Below are positions 48,447 to 52,301 of a stretch of 52,301 nt of DNA, one piece after another. Origin of the DNA: an uncultured Elusimicrobia bacterium. GTDB taxonomy: Bacteria; RUG730. The notes below the pieces were generated by a model. It was not told the DNA's origin. It saw only the letters and a list, made by a program, of their open reading frames with translations, and did no database searches. A program made the position numbers and the translations under genes. The stretch is from positions 1-52,301 of the forward strand of contig ONXP01000041.1 in the NCBI GenBank assembly GCA_900321865.1, written 5' to 3'. How positions within the stretch are numbered: position 1 is the stretch's first letter; the number at the start of each line of letters is the position of its first letter.

Positions 48447-49514
48447 TTACCCTCTAATTTTTATTATTTTTTTTATTTGAAAATAACACTTTTCTGCTGT
48501 AATACTTTTCATACACTTTTTATCTTTATTGCAAAAATTTTTTCCATGCAGTGAGCAAGGCCTACAAGAAACTAACCCATCCTCTAATAAAATATCAAAT
48601 TCATTCGGTTCCCAAAAACCAAAATGTCTAACGGTAGAACCAAAAATCGAAACCACCGGTACTTTAAAAGCCTGGGCTACATGCATCCCAAAAGAATCGG
48701 TAGTAAAAAATACATCCATCAAACTAACAATTGAAAGGAATTCCCTTTTATTAAGACTATTTGTTAAATCTAAAAAATTATTACTTTTAATATTTTTAGA
48801 AATTTCAGAGTTAAAAATAAGATCGCTTTTCCCACCAAAAAGTAAAACTTTCATCCCATCATTTAATAATTTTTTTATTAATTCTATATATCTTTCCAAA
48901 AACCACTTTTTAGTTATCTTACTAGCGCCTGTGTTTATCCCAACCCATACATCCAGATTATTAAACATTATTCTTTTTTTTGCTTCTAAAATTTCTAAAG
49001 AGGTTAAAAAAATTTCAGAACTATAAATTTTTTTTTTATCAAAAATCATTGAATATGTTTTTCTAACAGATATACAATTAATTCTAAAAAATTTTATAAA
49101 AAAATTTTTGAAAAGAACTATAAACCTTCTCTTTATAACTTGTTTATGAACTATAAATATTTTTTTAAAAAAACATAAACTAATCAAAAAACTTTTCAAA
49201 GTAAAACTAAGATCAATAACATAATCTAAACTTATTTCACTTTTTATATTTTTACATGTTTTATTTATATTTTTATCAACAAAAAATACTTTTTTTATTT
49301 TTTTATTGTTTAATAAAATCTCTTTATTTTCTTTTTTAGTCAAAAAATATATATTAACTATTCCTGAATATTTTTCATACAATGCATTTACAAAAGAAGT
49401 CGCCAAAACTACATCACCAAATGAACTCAATCTAATAAGCAATAAATTTAATTTTTTATTATAAAAATTATCAAAATATTTGTTAGGTAAAAAAGAAACA
49501 AATTTAAGCATCAA
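48447..49514 (-). CDS. Glycosyltransferase family 9 (LPS heptosyltransferase-like)
   Basis: IRLSSFGDVVL, GAS...KKW, TDS..MHVA.A, IFGST, C.PC..HG...C. Confidence 0.88.
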   Translation of the reverse strand: MMLKFVSFLPNKYFDNFYNKKLNLLLIRLSSFGDVVLATSFVNALYEKYSGIVNIYFLTKKENKEILLNNKKIKKVFFVDKNINKTCKNIKSEISLDYVIDLSFTLKSFLISLCFFKKIFIVHKQVIKRRFIVLFKNFFIKFFRINCISVRKTYSMIFDKKKIYSSEIFLTSLEILEAKKRIMFNNLDVWVGINTGASKITKKWFLERYIELIKKLLNDGMKVLLFGGKSDLIFNSEISKNIKSNNFLDLTNSLNKREFLSIVSLMDVFFTTDSFGMHVAQAFKVPVVSIFGSTVRHFGFWEPNEFDILLEDGLVSCRPCSLHGKNFCNKDKKCMKSITAEKCYFQIKKIIKIRG

Positions 49515-50080
49515 TTTATCTGATAATTATTTAAAATTTCTAACTTTTTATCATTTGGATATTTTATCCAAATGCTTACAATTTTATTCAAAACTTCAAA
49601 AACTAAAGGCATTTTTTCTATTTCTTCTTCGGTAAATTTCCCTAAAACAAAATCAGTTAAACTAGACTTTGAATCGTTATTAATCCCTAACTTTAATCTA
49701 TAAAAATTTTCATTAGAAAAATTTTCTATTATAGATTTAATTCCATTATGCCCGCCACTAGAACCTTTCCTTCTAAATCTTAATTTTCCAAACGGCAGAG
49801 AATAATCATCATAAATAATAAATACATCTTCTAAAAATATTTTATAATAATCTTTTACTTTTTTTACTGGAATTCCGCTACTATTCATAAAAAGACTAGG
49901 TTTACAAAGAATAACTTCTTCACTAAGAATCTTCCCTTTTGCCAAAGAAGCAATATTTTGAAAATTATTAAAACTCATTTTATAAATTTCTGCTAAATAA
50001 TCTATAGCCTCAAAACCAAAATTATGCCTAGTTAATTTATATTTATCTCCTATATTGCCTAGTCCAACCAATAATTTCAT
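49511..50080 (-). CDS. pth: Peptidyl-tRNA hydrolase
   Basis: LVGLGN.G..Y..TRHN.GF, KP..FMN.SG, GS.GGHNG.KS. Confidence 0.96.
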   Translation of the reverse strand: MKLLVGLGNIGDKYKLTRHNFGFEAIDYLAEIYKMSFNNFQNIASLAKGKILSEEVILCKPSLFMNSSGIPVKKVKDYYKIFLEDVFIIYDDYSLPFGKLRFRRKGSSGGHNGIKSIIENFSNENFYRLKLGINNDSKSSLTDFVLGKFTEEEIEKMPLVFEVLNKIVSIWIKYPNDKKLEILNNYQIN

Positions 50081-50082
50081 AA

Positions 50083-50739
50083 TTATTTTTTAGCTGTTTT
50101 ATCGTCTGAACTAGCTTTTGCATCAGAAGCAGAAGCTTTCGCAGGCTGAGAAGCTTCCTCAGATGCAGTCTCTTTTCCTCTATCAGCTTTTGGCCTAGTC
50201 ACAGCAACTATAACAGTGTCATCTGATATTTCTAATTTTAAGGACTCTGGAACTGCAACATCTTTTATTGTCAAAACAGACCCCATATCCATATTTGATA
50301 CATCACAATCTATATATTTAGGATAATTCATAGGAAGGCCTTTCCCTTTTACTTTTTTAATTCTAGCCTCTAAAATTCCACCCTTTTTCACTCCAAGAGG
50401 TGTCCCTAAAAATCTAAATTCTGAATAAAGCTTTATCTCTTCATCAATATTTATAACCTTAAAATCAACATGCATTATTTCCTGTTTTATAACATCCCAT
50501 TGCTTATCTTGCAAAATTGCATATAACTCTTTTCCTTTAAAATTCACTTTAAAAAATATATGTTCTTCCAGTGAACTATATAAAAGTTTCATCAATTCTT
50601 TTTTATCAACTAAAATTTTTTCTGCTTCAATTCCTTTCCCATAAATAACTCCAGGAATTCTTCCTTCTTTTCTTAATTTATTCAAATCTCCAGATGTTAT
50701 AGTCTTTCTATCTTCTAATTTAATATTAAGTACTGACAT
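50083..50739 (-). CDS. rplY: 50S ribosomal protein L25/Ctc
   Basis: LRKEGRIPGVIYG, HVDF, G...GVK.GG. Lies between prs and pth. Confidence 0.94.
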   Translation of the reverse strand: MSVLNIKLEDRKTITSGDLNKLRKEGRIPGVIYGKGIEAEKILVDKKELMKLLYSSLEEHIFFKVNFKGKELYAILQDKQWDVIKQEIMHVDFKVINIDEEIKLYSEFRFLGTPLGVKKGGILEARIKKVKGKGLPMNYPKYIDCDVSNMDMGSVLTIKDVAVPESLKLEISDDTVIVAVTRPKADRGKETASEEASQPAKASASDAKASSDDKTAKK

Positions 50740-50754
50740 TTATCTTAGTCTCCT

Positions 50755-51687
50755 TTATTTAAATAAAATCGTTATAGATTCATCTAAATGAATTCTTTTA
50801 ATAGCTTCTGCCAAAATTTTATCAACGGACAAAATTTTAATATTTTCTAATTTTTTTTCTTCTGTAATAGGCACTGTATCAGTTATAACTAATTCATCTA
50901 TCGGAGCTTTTTTTATGTTTTCTATTGCATTTCCAGAAAGCAATCCATGTGTACTTACCGCAAAAATTTTTTTTACTCCTCTTTCTTTTAGAGCAAAAAC
51001 AACATTACATAAAGTCCCAGCAGTATCTATCATATCATCAAATATAATAACATTTTCACCCTCAACCTGTCCTATTATATGCATAACCGCAGAAACATTA
51101 GGGCGAGGTCTTCTCTTATCAATAATAGCTAAACTCGCATTCAATTTTTTTGCAAAATTTCTAGCCCTCTCTACTCCACCAACATCAGGAGACACCACAA
51201 CAAACTTATCTTTTTTAGAAGTAAAATAATCAATAAAAACTGACTCTGCTTTCATATGATCTACTGGAATATCAAAAAACCCTTGTATTTGTCCAGCATG
51301 TAAATCAACTACTAAAACTCTATCTGCTCCAGCTTTCGTTAAAAGATTTGCAACTAGTTTAGCAGTAATAGGAACTCTAGGTTCAACCTTTCTATCCTGC
51401 CTAGCATATCCAAAATATGGCAAAACAGCTGTTATTCTAGAAGCTGATGCTCTTTTTAATGCATCTATTAAAATTAATAATTCTACTAAATTATCATTAC
51501 ATGGAGGACAGGTTGACTGGATAACAAAAACATCTTTTCCTCTAACACTGTCTAATATTTTAACACTAATTTCACCATCTGAAAATTTTCCAATCTCAGC
51601 ATTTCCTTCTGATATTCCTAATATATCACAGATACTTTTAGCCAAAGGCTTATTGGAATTACCAGAAAAAACAGCTAAATTATCCAC
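50755..51687 (-). CDS. prs: Ribose-phosphate pyrophosphokinase
   Basis: FSDGE, PYFGYARQDRK, DLHAGQIQGFF, VSPD.GG..RA, DDMIDTAGT. Confidence 0.98.
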   Translation of the reverse strand: MDNLAVFSGNSNKPLAKSICDILGISEGNAEIGKFSDGEISVKILDSVRGKDVFVIQSTCPPCNDNLVELLILIDALKRASASRITAVLPYFGYARQDRKVEPRVPITAKLVANLLTKAGADRVLVVDLHAGQIQGFFDIPVDHMKAESVFIDYFTSKKDKFVVVSPDVGGVERARNFAKKLNASLAIIDKRRPRPNVSAVMHIIGQVEGENVIIFDDMIDTAGTLCNVVFALKERGVKKIFAVSTHGLLSGNAIENIKKAPIDELVITDTVPITEEKKLENIKILSVDKILAEAIKRIHLDESITILFK

Positions 51688-51703
51688 TTTATAAATTCCT
51701 CCA

Positions 51704-52297
51704 TTAACTAACTTTTACAACTTTTAAATATTCTAATTTATCTTTTTCTTGCCCTATCACACGAATAGAATTAAGATCTAAACTTTTTAAATAATTACAA
51801 ATATCTTTCGTTATTCTTTCCCCTGGTATCAAAATCGGGATTCCAGGAGGATAAGGTACCAAAGTCTGAGCACTAATATACCCAGATGCATCATCTATAG
51901 AAATATATTCTAAATCTTGGTTGGAAGATAAAAAAATTTCTCTAGGAGACAAAACCATTTCTGTTGAAAGCGATGGCAGGTTGAAACAATTATTGTCTAA
52001 TTTCCCACTACTATTTTTTTCTATATCCTCTAAGGCATACAATAAAACATCCATATCTTTTCTCAAAGTTCCAACCCCTAAAATCGCTATCAAATTAAAA
52101 AAATCTGCACAGTCAAATTGTATATTATATTTTTTAGCTAAAATATCAGAAATAATATGACCCTCTATTCCAACTTTTGAAACATTAATAGTAACCTTTG
52201 ATAAATCTAAATCATAACCCTTTTTTATAATATCATCTCTGGTCAAAAAACGAAATTTTTTAAAATTATTTTTTTTGTTTCTAATATAATCAGCGTT
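51704..52297 (-). CDS. Orn/Lys/Arg decarboxylase, C-terminal part only (partial at window edge)
   Basis: D.SK.TINV...G..G, LSPRE.F, PYPPGIP.L.PGE.I. The open frame extends up to an in-frame TAG at 52298-52300. Confidence 0.8.
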   Translation of the reverse strand, partial: NADYIRNKKNNFKKFRFLTRDDIIKKGYDLDLSKVTINVSKVGIEGHIISDILAKKYNIQFDCADFFNLIAILGVGTLRKDMDVLLYALEDIEKNSSGKLDNNCFNLPSLSTEMVLSPREIFLSSNQDLEYISIDDASGYISAQTLVPYPPGIPILIPGERITKDICNYLKSLDLNSIRVIGQEKDKLEYLKVVKVS

Positions 52298-52301
52298 CTA
52301 T

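Noticed and set aside
52298-52300. Stop-codon reassignment
   Set aside because: TAG ends genes at 37765 and 44313 and TGA ends others. Conserved genes are intact under the standard code.

Overview
A very AT-rich bacterial chromosomal window using the standard genetic code. The cell is probably diderm, since it encodes a GT9 heptosyltransferase-like protein and a SurA_N/PpiD-like protein. Most of the window is housekeeping and biosynthetic genes in scrambled order: purD, hisG, tyrA, nth, a short uvrC, MATE, pheS, hpf, two LeuC/LeuD-family pairs, M23 peptidase plus bactofilin, metK, gap, tRNA-Ser(GCT), metG, pth, rplY and prs. The outstanding feature is a 19.1-kb gene (8489-27637, minus strand, about 6,380 aa). 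It encodes a signal peptide, two N-terminal hydrophobic/glycine-rich membrane regions, very long coiled coils, a central SecA-like SF2 ATPase, a C-terminal membrane anchor and degenerate alpha/beta repeats. The ATPase shows the Q motif and motifs I, II, III, V and VI in order; motif IV is not clearly recognisable. The gene is translationally coupled to a small upstream gene and followed by its own terminator. Other points of interest are a 77-aa tandem-repeat basic protein, a 1.1-kb non-coding region with a 44-bp repeat at 300-bp spacing, and a spirochaete/glycosomal-type GAPDH. No mobile element, phage genes or CRISPR array were seen. All calls come from visual motif recognition; no searches were run.
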